Of a stretch of DNA of 64,000 bases, positions 1 through 12,226 are shown in pieces. The notes below the pieces were generated by a model, which was not told the origin of the DNA, searched no databases, and saw nothing but the letters and a program-made list of their open reading frames with translations. The stretch lies in contig OX597820.1 in the NCBI GenBank assembly GCA_951406725.2, positions 7,006,001 through 7,070,000 on the forward strand, written 5' to 3'. Within the stretch, counting starts at the first letter, position 1. Each line of letters starts with the position of its first letter. Source of the stretch: Octopus vulgaris. Taxonomy: Eukaryota. A program made the translations under genes and the position numbers.

Positions 1-659
1 TTGGATATTTCTAAAGCAAACAATTATAAAACTCAATTTGTTAGAAACTCTTAAATTCCTGGTATAACTTGTTAAATCTGAAACATCGTCAATCCACTGC
101 AAGTTGAGATGTGGTAGAGTTTAGGGCTAAATACTCCAGATTGCCCGAACTCTGCACTTTTTAGATCGCTGACGGTGAACAATAATCTTGACAAAGTGTT
201 TCAGTGTCAATGAGTGTAATTTCATTCAAGAATCCTTTACAAGATTTCTAATCTTTTCATTTAATTATTAAATTGAATTGTTCCGAAAACAAAAGCGTTT
301 CCAGAACAATAACATGTTCAATAAATTTAGGAATTGTTACTGATTTCTCCCTGTTAGTCTCTAAAGCAAATGCTACAAGGCAGAGGAGAACTGTATCTTA
401 TTATACAAAACCCCATGAATGAACTTTGATACATTTCCTTGGTCTCCAAGCCTTAGGAATGAATGCTCAAGTCAACAGATTCTAAACTTTTGTAAAATCT
501 AAACACGTTTTTGTTGCTTTGTTTCGTTATTTCCCTGGCGTCGGTTCCGGTGTAAAAATGGTGTATATATTCAGACATTTGATATTTGAAAATAGATAAA
601 TTTCAGTCGATTTATTTCGCCTTTTTGCTTCCAAATCGATGTTATTCGAAAAGTTACAT

Positions 660-1210
660 CGGTGACTTGACGGAATCGTTTGTACACCGGAAGGGGGGGG
701 GGTGCGTAATGTATCGAGGAATTTCGTCCATCTTCATTTCATGAGTTCAAGTTTTGCCGAGGTTCGCCTTGCCTTTTATTCTTCCGGGGTCGATAAAATA
801 AGTACCAATTTACCACTGCAGTCGACACAATAAAATTTCCACTCGGGTCTTTTCACTTTGACCGGCAAATTTTTAAAATAATTTCTTTGTAACTAAACAC
901 TTTTAAACTTCGTATACTGGTAGAATGGGTTACATAAAACATCTTTTTCTCTTGGCTTTCTTGAGAAAATTCTGTAGTTTGTAAGCTATTTGTTGTTTAA
1001 TTACTTGCATTTCGGCAATTTCAACCAATCAATGACGTCTATTGAGGTGAATACAATTTCTGCCGTATTTTGTCAACAATATTTTCTGGCAGTATACGAA
1101 GTTTAAAAGTGTTTAGTTACAAAGAAATTATTTTACAAATCTTTCGGTCAAAGTGAAAAGATCCTTCCCCTCTCCACAATATCTAGGGCCTTTGTCTATA
1201 GCAGAAAGCA
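660..1210 (+). mobile_element. Degenerate tRNA-derived SINE (family A, Meta-domain-like core) split by a MITE
   Basis: B-box-like gagttcaa at ~742 and core gccttttattcttccggggtcgataaaataagtacc at 771-806. The tail (cccctc...gggcctttgtctatagcagaaag) resumes at 1165, after the MITE. Confidence 0.7.
845..1164. mobile_element. MITE, ~320 bp, with ~75-bp imperfect terminal inverted repeats
   Basis: gggtcttttcactttgaccg...gtaactaaacacttttaaacttcgtatactg (845-920) is the reverse complement of cagtatacgaagtttaaaagtgtttagttac...cggtcaaagtgaaaagatcc (1090-1164). Confidence 0.85.
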
Positions 1211-1794
1211 TTAGTCGAAAGTTTGCCGCGTTCTCTAGAGAAAGAAATTTCCTAGTCAATGACACAAGCCAATTGCAGCTATTTTTTGGTAACCATTTTC
1301 TAGAAAAAAAATATTCAACTCAAAACTGTTCCTCCTCCTTTATCTAAGATGTATTGGTCTCCTCAGTCTTACAATTCGATACAATGGCCTCTAGCTTAGA
1401 TAAGGAGTCACGCATTTCTGCAAAAGAATCGATTGTATCTATATTAGTGTTTGACTCCTACTCCGTTGACCCTGGGAAGATCAATGACACAGTCGATATT
1501 TGAACTCAAAATGTAAAGTGCAATAACTATGCACCGTTAAGTAAAGAATCAAATGTGAGACTTACTTTCATCCATGTGCATAAATTGACTTTATGACAAT
1601 TATTTTTTCTTCAAATTAATTGCCCCTTTCTTTACCTGTCCTTAATAAGAACCGATTGGTTTCTATTTTCTTCCTCCAAATCAAAGGAAAATCTTAACCA
1701 GGTGGCAGTTAATGCATGTAGCAAATTATACATTAGTCTCTTATTCAAATTCATGATATTGGTCGATTTGAATTGTATATAGAACCCGTGTATT

Positions 1795-1845
<51 letters not shown>

Positions 1846-1879
1846 ATGGTAGTCTCTGTGTATGATGGTAGTCTCTTAA

Positions 1880-2322
1880 GACGGCGAGCTGGCAGAATCA
1901 TTAGCACGTCGGGCGAAATGCGTAGCCGTATTTCGTCTGCCGTTACGTTCTGAGTTCAAACTCCACCGAGGTCGACTTTGCCTTTCATCCTTTCAGGGTC
2001 GATAAATTAAGTACCAATTACGCACTGGGGTCGATGTAAACGACTTAATCCGTTTGTCTGTCCTTGTTTGCTCCTCTATGTTTAGCCCCTTGTGGGCAGT
2101 AAAGAAATAAGAACCGTTAGCACGTCGGCCGTAATGCGTAGCCGTATTTCGTCTGCCGTTACGTTCTGAGTTCAAACTCCGCCGAGGTCGACTTTGCTTT
2201 CCATCCCTTCGGGGTCGATAAATTAAGTACCAGTTACACACTGGGGTCGATTTAAACGACTTAATCCGTTTGTCTGTCCTTGTTTGCCCCCTCTGTGTTT
2301 AGCCCTTTGTGGGCAGTAAAGA

Positions 2323-2325
<3 letters not shown>
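1880..2325 (+). mobile_element. Family A SINE, head-to-tail dimer
   Basis: A-box-like tggcagaatcattag, B-box gagttcaaa, core gcctttcatcctttc.gggtcgataaattaagtacc, tail gccccttgtgggcagtaaagaaata. The second unit starts at ~2111, within the A-box region. Confidence 0.9.
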
Positions 2326-2387
<62 letters not shown>

Positions 2388-3717
2388 GTATATATATATA
2401 TATAAGCATGCATGTATGTATGTACATGCATGGAGACATACATGCGTGCGCGCACACACGCACACACACACACATAATAACCTGCATTAATTAATCACAT
2501 TGCAAAGCTATTATCGCTGCGAAATATTTTCTTTAAGATAACTTGTTGAAACATTCGTACACACATACATTCATATATGTGTGTGTGTATATATATATGT
2601 GCATACACGTGTTTGTGTGCGCGCGCGTTTGTGTGTGTGTGTGTGTGTGTCATATACTAATAACGAAAGCGAAAGACAACGTTATGAGTTATTTAGGTGA
2701 GGACGAAAATAGTTTTATTTCTAATATAACGCTTTCTTCTTCTTCTTGTTCTTCTTCTTGTTCTTCTATATCTTGTGTCTGAGTGATAGGAGAAGATTTT
2801 GTTTTATAGGTTTAAATCTGATCTAGCTTTCTTGTTGATAGCAAACACAAGAGAAGGAGACGAAGTTTTCCATTAAAGTCTTGGAGCCACTCCTTTACAG
2901 GAAGCGCTATAAATATTAGGCAAAGAATAACACAGAACTTGGCAATTTCTCAACAACCTGTCAACATAAATTGCTACGATCTTTAACAACCATTTTTCAT
3001 ATTCATATATATTTTTCCTTCACAGCTTCATCTTCAAAATAAGCAGAGACCAGATCGAGCCAAATATAAATGTTATTCTCGTCTGACCGACACATCTATT
3101 GGTTACATAAGATTATCGGCTTTTGCTTTATAGAGTTCGCAAATTATAGATAGATATATTCTCGGTCTCACCCACTCATCTTTCTCTCCTCGTTTCACTC
3201 AGGCATCCTACTAAGCATGTTTGCGCTCCTTATCTTAACAATTTAATCATATCAAGCGCCGTTTGTAACTAATAATTTTTCTCTTTTTAGATCTAACTTA
3301 CGATATTTCAACTTAAACGCTTGCTGCTCTGACCTTAAATAGCTGTGCTGATCCAAAAACAATATTATGGCCGAGAAAAAAAAGAGGAAACCTTTCATCC
3401 TATTGGTTGAATAATGTTGAAGTGAGTCCATGTATTCTAAACCAGACTCTCAAATCAGGAGAGTGAAAAGGGGAAGAAATGCGACCATAGTCATTTTAGG
3501 GAAACATCAAATAACAAAAGCCATGTTTGTCTTTTGTACCTTTTCCTCTTTCTTTCTTTCTCTCTATCTGCTTCTCCCTGTCTCTTTTATATACGTGTGT
3601 CTGTTTCTGTGTCTGTGTGTCAGTCTGTGTGTCTGTGTGAAAGCACGTGGTCAAGTGGTTAGGATATTGCACTCATGATCGTAAGATTGTAGTCTCGATC
3701 CTCAGACCAACCACGCT

Positions 3718-4104
3718 CTCTTTTCTCTTTTACTTGTTTCAGTCATTTGACTGCGACCATGCTGGAGCACCGCCTTTAATCGAGCAACTCGACCCCGGGA
3801 CTTATTCTTTTGTAAGCCCAGTACTTATTCTATCGGTCTCTTTTGCCGAACCGCTAAGTAACGGGGACATAAACACACCAGCATCGGTTGTCAAGCATTG
3901 CTAGGGGAACAAACACAAACACACAAACACATATATACATATATATATATATACATATATACGACGGGCTTCTTTCAGTTTCCGTCTACTCACAAGGATT
4001 TGGTCCGCCCGAGGCTCTAGTAGAAGACACTTGCCCAAGTGGGACTGAACCCGGAACCATGTGGTTGGTAAACAAGCTACTTACCACACAGCCACTCCTG
4101 CGCC
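3718..4104 (-). mobile_element. tRNA-derived SINE family C (CORE-like ttgggcaagtgtctt, internal (TA)/(TG) tract)
   Basis: The minus strand begins ggcgcaggagtggctgtgtggtaag...ccgggttcagtccc. Related copies lie at ~8600-8870, ~26950-27285, ~27530-27960, 42180-42330 and ~56660-56920. Confidence 0.8.
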
Positions 4105-4267
4105 ATTATTTTTTTAGTAAAACACTTCTTTTCATGTTGTCCAGTCCACTTAAATGTAAATGGGTGAGCCTGGTATTCTGTTCAATGTTAGTGTATGCTT
4201 GCTCACCTCCCCAACAGAATGGCCTCCTCGAAAGCTACAACAATGCGGGAGAGGGCATTGTGAATAG

Positions 4268-4667
4268 CAGCGAGCTGGCAGAAACGTTAGCACGCCAGGC
4301 GAAGTGCGTAGCCGTATTTCGTCTGCCGTTACATTCTGAGTTCAAATTCCGCCGAGATCGACTTTGCCTTTCTTCCTTTCGGGGTCGATAAATTAAGTAC
4401 CAGTTACGTACTGGGGCCGATGGTATCGACTTAATACCTTTGTCTGTCCTTGTGTGTAGCCCCTTGTGGGCAGTAAAGAAATAGGTATTTCGTCTGCCGC
4501 TACGTTCTGAGTTCAAATTCCACCGAGGTCGACTTTGCCTTTCGTCCTTTCGGGGTCGATTAAATAAATACCAGTTACGCACTAGGGTCGATGTAATCGA
4601 CATATCTGTTTGTCTGTCCTTGTTTGTCCCCTCTGTGTTAAGCGCCTTGTGGGTAGCAAAGAAATAG
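4268..4667 (+). mobile_element. Family A SINE dimer (full unit plus head-truncated unit)
   Basis: Junction aaagaaatag|gtatttcgtctgcc at 4484/4485. Flanked by the imperfect TSD gtgaata(g/a)cagc (4260-4271 and 4668-4679). Confidence 0.9.
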
Positions 4668-4741
4668 GTGAATAACAGCATCTGACAGACTATCCATACT
4701 CGATACAATTATTCAGACACACACAGATATATATATATATA

Positions 4742-5253
4742 GTAGCAGTACCGCCCGGCGTTGCTCGGGTTGGTAAGGGAAATAACTATATAGCATTTTT
4801 AGAGAGTTACTTCCCTTATAGATGCCAATTCGGGCTTTCTTAGCCATTTCTGTTTTGGTGTCTTCAAGCCATGAAGTCGTTGTTCTAAAAGAACGCTGGT
4901 CTCCTTTACAACGCTTTACGACGTTGATTTCCTTACACTCCCTTCCCCAAAGCTTCACGAGGGAGGGAAGAAGGGGGAGAAGCAAACAGGTGCAGGTGTG
5001 ACCATGGACGCCAACTCCACCGCCATCGACACACGAAAAATTATGCATTAAAATGGAAAAAAAAATGATGTTAAATTATTTTTAAAATCGTAGACTCATC
5101 GTAGACGCGCGCTAATAGTCAGACGGGCTCGATATGAATCACGACTATAAGATACCCGAATTTGGTTAAACTGCACCGCAAAATGTGGGAGTAGTTAGGA
5201 ATCTAAATCGAAGGGGACAGACACTCACACAACTACAGTTTTATATATATAGA
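4742..5253 (-). mobile_element. Non-autonomous Helitron
   Basis: The minus strand starts A|TCTATATATATAAAA and ends with the hairpin cccgagcaacgccggg followed by ctac|t (mutated CTAG). It is homologous to 52547-52947. Confidence 0.8.
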
Positions 5254-5766
5254 TATAAGGTATGTTTTAACCAAGGATTGGCCCAGTTCATGTCTAAATT
5301 AATAGTACCACCTGATAAAATTTGTAAAGTCAATCTTCAGTCAGGTATTGTGGAATCGTGGCCCATTCAAGTAGGGAGTTTTTTTTATTGTGATGTATCC
5401 TTGTAAAAGTGGTTTATTTGGTATCCCTTGAAAAAAATGCATCCAAGTTTCGTTTGAATTATATGGGAAGTATTTTTACTTTCGTTGATTGCTTTAGGGA
5501 TAATGTTAAATTGAGCAGGACCTGTTGAGCAAATGAAATACTATTGTGCTGAATTTATGTTTTGTAAAGCTGAATTTTGTAAGGGGTGTATGGCACGTGG
5601 CCCCAGCCTTGGATGAGTTCCTACGGGCAAGGCTGATGGAATATTCTGGACATTATACAAATGGTATCACACACACGGAACCATACACACATATAAACTT
5701 GGGGAAGTGTATGTGTGCATATATCTATCTATCTATCTATCTATATAGTCATGGTATATTCTGTTA

Positions 5767-6107
5767 AGAAGGTAGTAGAGTACAGTATAAAACTCGTCCA
5801 CCTTCTGACTTACTCAGTGCTATCCAGGAGTTGTATTATACGTACTTCTAGGTTTACGTTTGGGTATCTGTCGTGTGTAAATAGATAACGGAAAAAAGTG
5901 GAGTCAACAAGAAGGAGTACGGTTGGACAAATATTTTTTAATCACTACAATTGTTTCCACGCCACGTAGTTCTCCACATACTTGATTATGTGACTGTTTC
6001 CCTGCATCTACAGATCAATTACTTGGAAAATTACGTGGGAAAAATTGCAGTGATTAAAAGTAAATGTCCAATCGTACCTCTTCATGCTGACCACAACTGT
6101 TTCAGTT
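5767..6107. repeat. PLE-terminal-repeat-like element ending in an imperfect palindrome
   Basis: The arm 5915-5975 is inverted relative to ~6022-6080. A second copy of the same element lies at ~9050-9320. Confidence 0.55.
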
Positions 6108-6125
6108 ATATATATATATATATAT

Positions 6126-7328
6126 ACCAAGGGTACCAAGGCTGCACCAGTCCTTGCGAACCTCATAATGGGTTACTTCGAACTGTCACTCTATGAAATA
6201 TCAAGCCAGAAATTTGGACATGTTTTCCACACCTACCTAATGGAAAACTGGAAAAGGTATTTAGATGATTGTTTCATCATATGGAAAGAACCTTATGAAA
6301 AACTCCTGGAATTCAAAACCATACTAAACAACATACATCCCAACATCCAATTCACTATGGAATTAAGCAAACATCATCTCCCATTCCTTGATCTCCTAAT
6401 TATAAAAACACCTAAGAACCAAATCATAACAGACATCTACCACAAACCTACAGACTCACAACAATACCTCCTCTTTAGTTCATGCCACCCAAAACACACC
6501 AAGACAAATATCCCTTTCAATTTAGCTAAAAGGGTATGCACCATTGTCTCGGATCCAAAAACACGAGAAATACGCCTTCAAGACCTCAAAAAAACACTAT
6601 TACAACGTCAATATCCCTCCACCCTTATAGAGTATGGAATAAAACGCGCCAAAGAACTAGACAACACTACACTGAAAACCACCCAACCTAACACCACACA
6701 CAACCTCAAAATACTTCCATACATTTCCACCCACAACCCCAAAAATATCGAAGCATACACCACAATCATACAAAACCTCAGTCTACTGTCAACAGACCCA
6801 AAAATGAAAAACATTATAAATACACACAAAATCCTCAAATGCAAAAGGCAACACAAATCTTTAAAAAATCTCTTGACAAATGCCAAACTTCACACACCAC
6901 ATCCACCCCCAACAGTAAAAAAATGCGCACGCTCAAACTGTGGTACCTGCCCCTTTCTACTTGAAGGCTCTGAATTTACCTTCAAACAAGGTACGAAGTT
7001 TAAAATCAAGACTAACTTCTCCTGTTCCTCCGAGAACCTTATCTACGTTCTCACATGCGCTGGTTGCCAACATAATTATGTTGGACAAACGAGTCTCCCG
7101 TTACGTAAACGAGTAACGGTGCATAAAGAACAAATAAATCTCCCAGAATACCGACAAATTCCACTGAGCGACCACTTAGACTCATGTGCTAAAGACTTAA
7201 ACCCCAAATTCTATATATTCCCCTTCTACCAATGTAAAGACGGGATCACCACACAGGAGAGAATTAACAAGGAGAATCTCTTTATTGAAAAATTCCAAAC
7301 ACAACTTAATATGCAAACTCCTCGTTGA
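6126..7328 (+). CDS. PLE reverse transcriptase C-terminal half, thumb, Cys linker and GIY-YIG endonuclease (N-terminally truncated)
   Basis: GTKAAPVLANLIMGYFE (RT motif B), RYLDDCF (motif C), LPFLDLLI, YHKPTDSQQYL, HPKHTK, CARSNCGTC linker, LIYVLTC..C...YVGQT...LRKR...H (GIY-YIG). About 400 codons without a stop; the listed start at 6084 lies upstream of the element. Confidence 0.92.
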   Translation, partial: TKGTKAAPVLANLIMGYFELSLYEISSQKFGHVFHTYLMENWKRYLDDCFIIWKEPYEKLLEFKTILNNIHPNIQFTMELSKHHLPFLDLLIIKTPKNQIITDIYHKPTDSQQYLLFSSCHPKHTKTNIPFNLAKRVCTIVSDPKTREIRLQDLKKTLLQRQYPSTLIEYGIKRAKELDNTTLKTTQPNTTHNLKILPYISTHNPKNIEAYTTIIQNLSLLSTDPKMKNIINTHKILKCKRQHKSLKNLLTNAKLHTPHPPPTVKKCARSNCGTCPFLLEGSEFTFKQGTKFKIKTNFSCSSENLIYVLTCAGCQHNYVGQTSLPLRKRVTVHKEQINLPEYRQIPLSDHLDSCAKDLNPKFYIFPFYQCKDGITTQERINKENLFIEKFQTQLNMQTPR

Positions 7329-7959
7329 TCAAACTTCCTTTCTCTACCTCACTCTTCATGGATGGACTAACACAAATATATAAAGATACCATGCATTCAT
7401 CACTTCAAGCTAAAACTTATATTCTTTAAATATCATTTTTACTATTGTTGTTATTACTATCATTTTTATTATAAATGATATGACAATTTGAAATGCAATT
7501 GTCTATGCAGATTTATATTATTAGAAAATAATATAAATAAAGTGTTAAAATCTGAAAGTTAAGTTAACAAGCAATTATATAAAAAAGATAATGCAAATGA
7601 AGCTAAAATGATAGTTTTATAATTTGGGTTTTATTGAAGAACTCAAAAGAGTTGTCTCCCCTTACTCACAACACAGGAACTGAAGAACCAGGACCACAAT
7701 TACTACTACTTCCTGTCCTGCAACATGCTGAATTTAACAACACAACACATCACATGCTCTTAATCCCTTTGGATCTTAACACCTCAAGGTAATTTTTTGG
7801 TAAACAACCATAAAACTCAAGATACACAACGAACTCACAATGTATCGGAGAACTTATTTTTCAATTTTTGTACATTTTTATCATTATTCTTTTACAAAAA
7901 ACAATGCAATTTTCTTTTTTCCCCTTTCTAATTTTTAAAAAAACTTCTTAAAACATAAA

Positions 7960-8000
7960 TATTCTTGACAAGTCATACAATGACGAAAACCGGTTGAATA
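7960..8000 (+). ncRNA. Minimal type-I hammerhead ribozyme, U3A8 core variant
   Basis: tattc|TTGACAA|gtca tacaa tgac|GAAA accgg T T|gaata: stem I tattc/gaata, stem II gtca/tgac, palindromic stem-III region, in the 3' end of a PLE. Confidence 0.75.
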
Positions 8001-8140
8001 AATATATATTTATATATTTTATCATTTTCTCATTTTATTAAAATTTTCTTTCATTTGAGCATTCTGCATTTAAAAAAAAAAAAATTTTCCTTACTTATCA
8101 TTTCTCCACGTGCGGTCAACACAACCCCACCATTTATTGA

Positions 8141-8184
<44 letters not shown>

Positions 8185-8254
8185 TGTGCATACGTGTCTG
8201 CATGAGTGTGTGTATCTATCTATCTATCTATATATATATATATATATATATATG

Positions 8255-8460
8255 AAAATATGTCAAGGTAGAAAATGCTAAAATAATTTTATAATAAAAA
8301 AATTTAGTACCGGTTCCAGTCATTTAGATCTTCCGCTTTTTTAACTGATGGCTTCAGCGTTGTTGCTGAGAGCACTCTGGCTTCTGTTAGGAGACTTTTC
8401 ATAGATTTGGGCTGTCTCTTGCTTTTTATGAAGGTGTATATTTGGAGGATTAAATTCAAT
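8255..8460 (-). mobile_element. Inverted fragment of a second PLE family
   Basis: The minus strand of ~8335-8450 translates to ILQIYTFIKSKRQPKSMKSLLTEARVLSATTLKPSVKK, which aligns to IINTHKILKCKRQHKSLKNLLTNAKLHTPHPPPTVKK of the neighbouring ORF. It is followed by a hammerhead remnant (ggaaccggta). Confidence 0.7.
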
Positions 8461-8882
8461 CTGTGGTCTTTATATTCTCATACCTCCTACTCTTTATATT
8501 CTCATACCTCCTACTCTCTATGCGAAACTTCTTACAATATATAATCTCTAGCGTTTCAAACGGAATTGCCAGCTAGAGTGGTATATACATGTTCTTCTAT
8601 TTTTTATTCTTTTACTGGTTTCAGTTATTTTGACTGCGGACATGCTGGACTTATTCTATCGTTTTCTTTTGCCGAACCACTAAGTTACGAGACGGAAACA
8701 CATCAACATCGGTTGTCAATCGATGTTGATGTGGGGGACAAACACTGACACACAAATTTATACACGCACATACATATATATATACATATATACGACGGGA
8801 TTCTTTTCAGTTTCCGTCTTCCAAATCCACTCACAAGGCTTTGACCGGCCCGAGGCTACAGTCGAGGACATGCACCCCCCAC

Positions 8883-8915
<33 letters not shown>

Positions 8916-9049
8916 GATGTATCTAAGTATGTATGTATATGTGTATCTATATATATGCATACAAATGTATGTATGTACGTATGTATCTATGTATGTATGT
9001 ATATATGTGTATGTGTAGTTATAGCATTTTCTGTAAAGTACTTAGTATA

Positions 9050-9320
9050 ATACATAATAAAGCTCATCCACCTTCACGTTTACCCTGGGCTATCCAGTAG
9101 TAGTGTTATACGTACTTCTAGATTTGCATTTGGGCATCCGTCGTGTGTGAATAGATATTTGAAGAAATTGGAGTCAACAATAAGGATTACGGTTGGATAA
9201 TTATCTTCAATCACTAGAATTGTTTCTACGCTCGGAGAACCACGATGCGCAGAAACAATTGTAGTGATTAAAAAATAAATGTCCAACCGTACTTCTTCTT
9301 GTTGCCTCCAAACTTTTTCC
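9050..9320. repeat. Second copy of the palindromic PLE-terminal-like element
   Basis: Clear identity to 5790-6100 (ctc.tccaccttc...tatacgtacttctag...ggagtcaacaa...tacggttgga). Inverted arms at ~9188-9230 and ~9250-9295. Confidence 0.6.
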
Positions 9321-9577
9321 AATTATATGTGTATGTGTATGCGTGCATGTGTGTGTGGGCATATGTGTGTGTGTGTGTGTGTGTGTGAGTGTGTGTATAA
9401 TATTGGTCAAGTTAGTCTCTCGTTATTCATGATTCTTCGAGGGTTCCCAGGATCCTCAGGCAAGTCATAACTTACCCGACATTAACAAAATAAGATGTAT
9501 TATCAAAGTCTTCTATATTATTGTATATTCCTCTTTTTTCTACCGACATTTAACACCAAACAGATAATATATGTGCG

Positions 9578-9624
<47 letters not shown>

Positions 9625-10367
9625 CATAAGCACACTTCTCTCCGTTACTTCTGTCTAAATCCTAACTCCTGTATTCTCTAACCTCATCTTTCACTTCCTC
9701 CGATCTATGTTTCTAGGTCCTGACCACATCTATGTCAATGTATGAAAAACTATTTCAACATGTGAATTTTAACAACACCAACATGATCGGAATCTATAAG
9801 CAGTATTTCAAAATCCTTCCGCTAGTTTAAAGTTACGACTCTCTTCATGATGGGGCTATTTTAATGCAGGGACTATTTTCATTAGCGTGCAATTTGGCTT
9901 CATTAGAATTCAGAACAAATGATTCTTCTCGCCTGATCTCGTTTTAGATTCTATCTAGCAATCGATTCTACCAGAGAGAAAGAATTAGATATATTATGAG
10001 TTTTATAGCGAGCTAGATGGATATACATATACACATAAATGCACACACACCACACACACATATATGTATGTATATGTGTGTGTGTGCACATATATATGCA
10101 TATATATATATATATACATGTATATACATGTGTATATGTATATATATACATACATATATATATACACACGTATATATATATATGTAAACATATATATATA
10201 CACGTATATATCGTATGTATATATATAAACATATATATATCTTTATATATCGATTTATCTCTCTCTCTCTTTCTATATATATATATATATGTATATATGT
10301 AGGTCCCGGGTTGATTCGGGGTTAACCACAGTAAGTAAGGTACTCAATACATAGCAGAGTAAAATTA

Positions 10368-10489
10368 ATTTATTATATAGAAGGAGCTTCTACAGGACTA
10401 GTACTGTTTCATTCAAGAGAAATCTTCCTGAAGATTTCTCTTGAATGAAACAGTACTAGTCCTGTAGAAGCTCCTTCTATATAATAAAT
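10368..10489. repeat. Perfect palindrome with 60-bp arms and a 2-nt spacer
   Basis: 10368-10427 is the exact reverse complement of 10430-10489; the spacer is ct. Confidence 0.95.
10424..10470 (+). ncRNA. Hammerhead-like motif (C3G8 core) within the palindrome
   Basis: cttc|CTGAAGA|t ttc tctt gaa t|GAA acag tactagtc ctgt A|gaag. Stem II has a U-U mismatch at its base; the cleavage triplet would be GUA. Confidence 0.55.
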
Positions 10490-10612
10490 ATATATGTATA
10501 TATGTATTTACTGTCGTTCGTCCATATATTAGATAGATATATAGATAGGTCGAGGGACAGATAAATAGATAACTAGATACTTAGGTGGATACATACAGAG
10601 ACAGGAAGAAAG

Positions 10613-10720
<108 letters not shown>

Positions 10721-11931
10721 TAGAAAGCCATATAGATAATAGATAATATCCCTCGATATTTTTTCACCCAAACTTTCATTTTAATCCTTCTGAATTACTC
10801 ATCTTCAAAACCTTTCGCTATTTTCTCAGTCTGAATTCTTCGAGAAATGTTTGCTGCTCCAGATCTTTTCTTTCTTTCTTCATTATTATTTTTTTATCTA
10901 TATTTTTACCATTCATTCGTTCTACCATCACCTCCTTCTTAGTTTCATTATTTTATTCTAAATTTGAGATATTTTTCTATTATTTTTCTCTTGCAATCTT
11001 CGTTTTTCTTCTAAAATTTGATTCTTCGTATGTCGTAGAATTTTCCATTCGCAAGGTTTAATCCCACAAAACATCAAATACAAACATTTTGGCATCTTCC
11101 ATCAAATTTGATTAGAAGGAATTTAATAAAATTATTTTACAATTCCAGGCAACATGTAAACGTCTGGTCTCTACATAAGAAAGGAATTATTCGATCTGTG
11201 TTAGGTTCATTGATGTTGTTGCGCTTGCATTTGTGGCTGTCGTTGTTGTTGTTGTATTTGTTGTTGTTGTTGTTGTTGCTATTACTGTTGTTATTGATGT
11301 TGATGTTAATGTAGTGGTTGCGTTTCTGCTGTTATTGTGGCTCTTACAATTGTTGTTGCTGTTACTGCTGCTGCTGCTGATGATGTTGCTGCTGATGATG
11401 TTGCTGCTGATGATGTTGCTGCTGTTTTTGTTGTTGTTGTTATTATTATTGCTGCTGTTGTTGTTGTTGTTGTAGCTGCTATTATTTATGGTTATCGTTT
11501 TGATAGTGTTGTTAAAAATGTTATTGTTACACCGCTTTATAGTTCATTTCAAATTGTTACTTGAAGGCAAGAAAAACACAATTTATGATTTTTATTTTGA
11601 AATTCCAAACAAATGATTTTCTTATCAAGATTTTTCTAACGCTTTCCGTTTCTTAAATTATGCTCCAATATGTTCAACTCCATGAAACAAAACTTAAATC
11701 TTGACATCAAAAGCTTTACATCAAAACCTGTTGAATAAAATTACGAATTTACTGTCTAACTATCCTTGTATATTTCTGAAGTACACAAGAAGATAAATCA
11801 GAACGAGGATTTATATTATTTTAAATAAATTCACTTTAACCTTCAATGTCCAAAGGTATCGAGGATTCTTGTAAATATCTCAAACCTAAATTGATGCATA
11901 CTTGAAAATATATTTGTGCGTATATATATAC

Positions 11932-12016
<85 letters not shown>

Positions 12017-12178
12017 CACACATATATATATGTACATATATATATATACATATATATATATACATATATATATATATACAAAGACATGTATACAATTCTG
12101 AAATGATTCATTTAATATGATATATACTTATCTACGTATGAAAATGTTTAAAACGAAAAGACACAAAAAATATATTAG

Positions 12179-12226
<48 letters not shown>

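Larger units (their letters stand above)
6126..8143 (+). mobile_element. Penelope-like retroelement (probably Neptune type), 5'-truncated, inserted in (TA)n
   Basis: An RT+GIY-YIG ORF is followed by an ~800-bp 3' region carrying a hammerhead motif at 7960-8000. There are (TA)n tracts on both sides. Confidence 0.9.

Noticed and set aside
1-530. Possible hAT transposase remnant on the minus strand
   Set aside because: Only a faint LTLK-like resemblance amid many stops.
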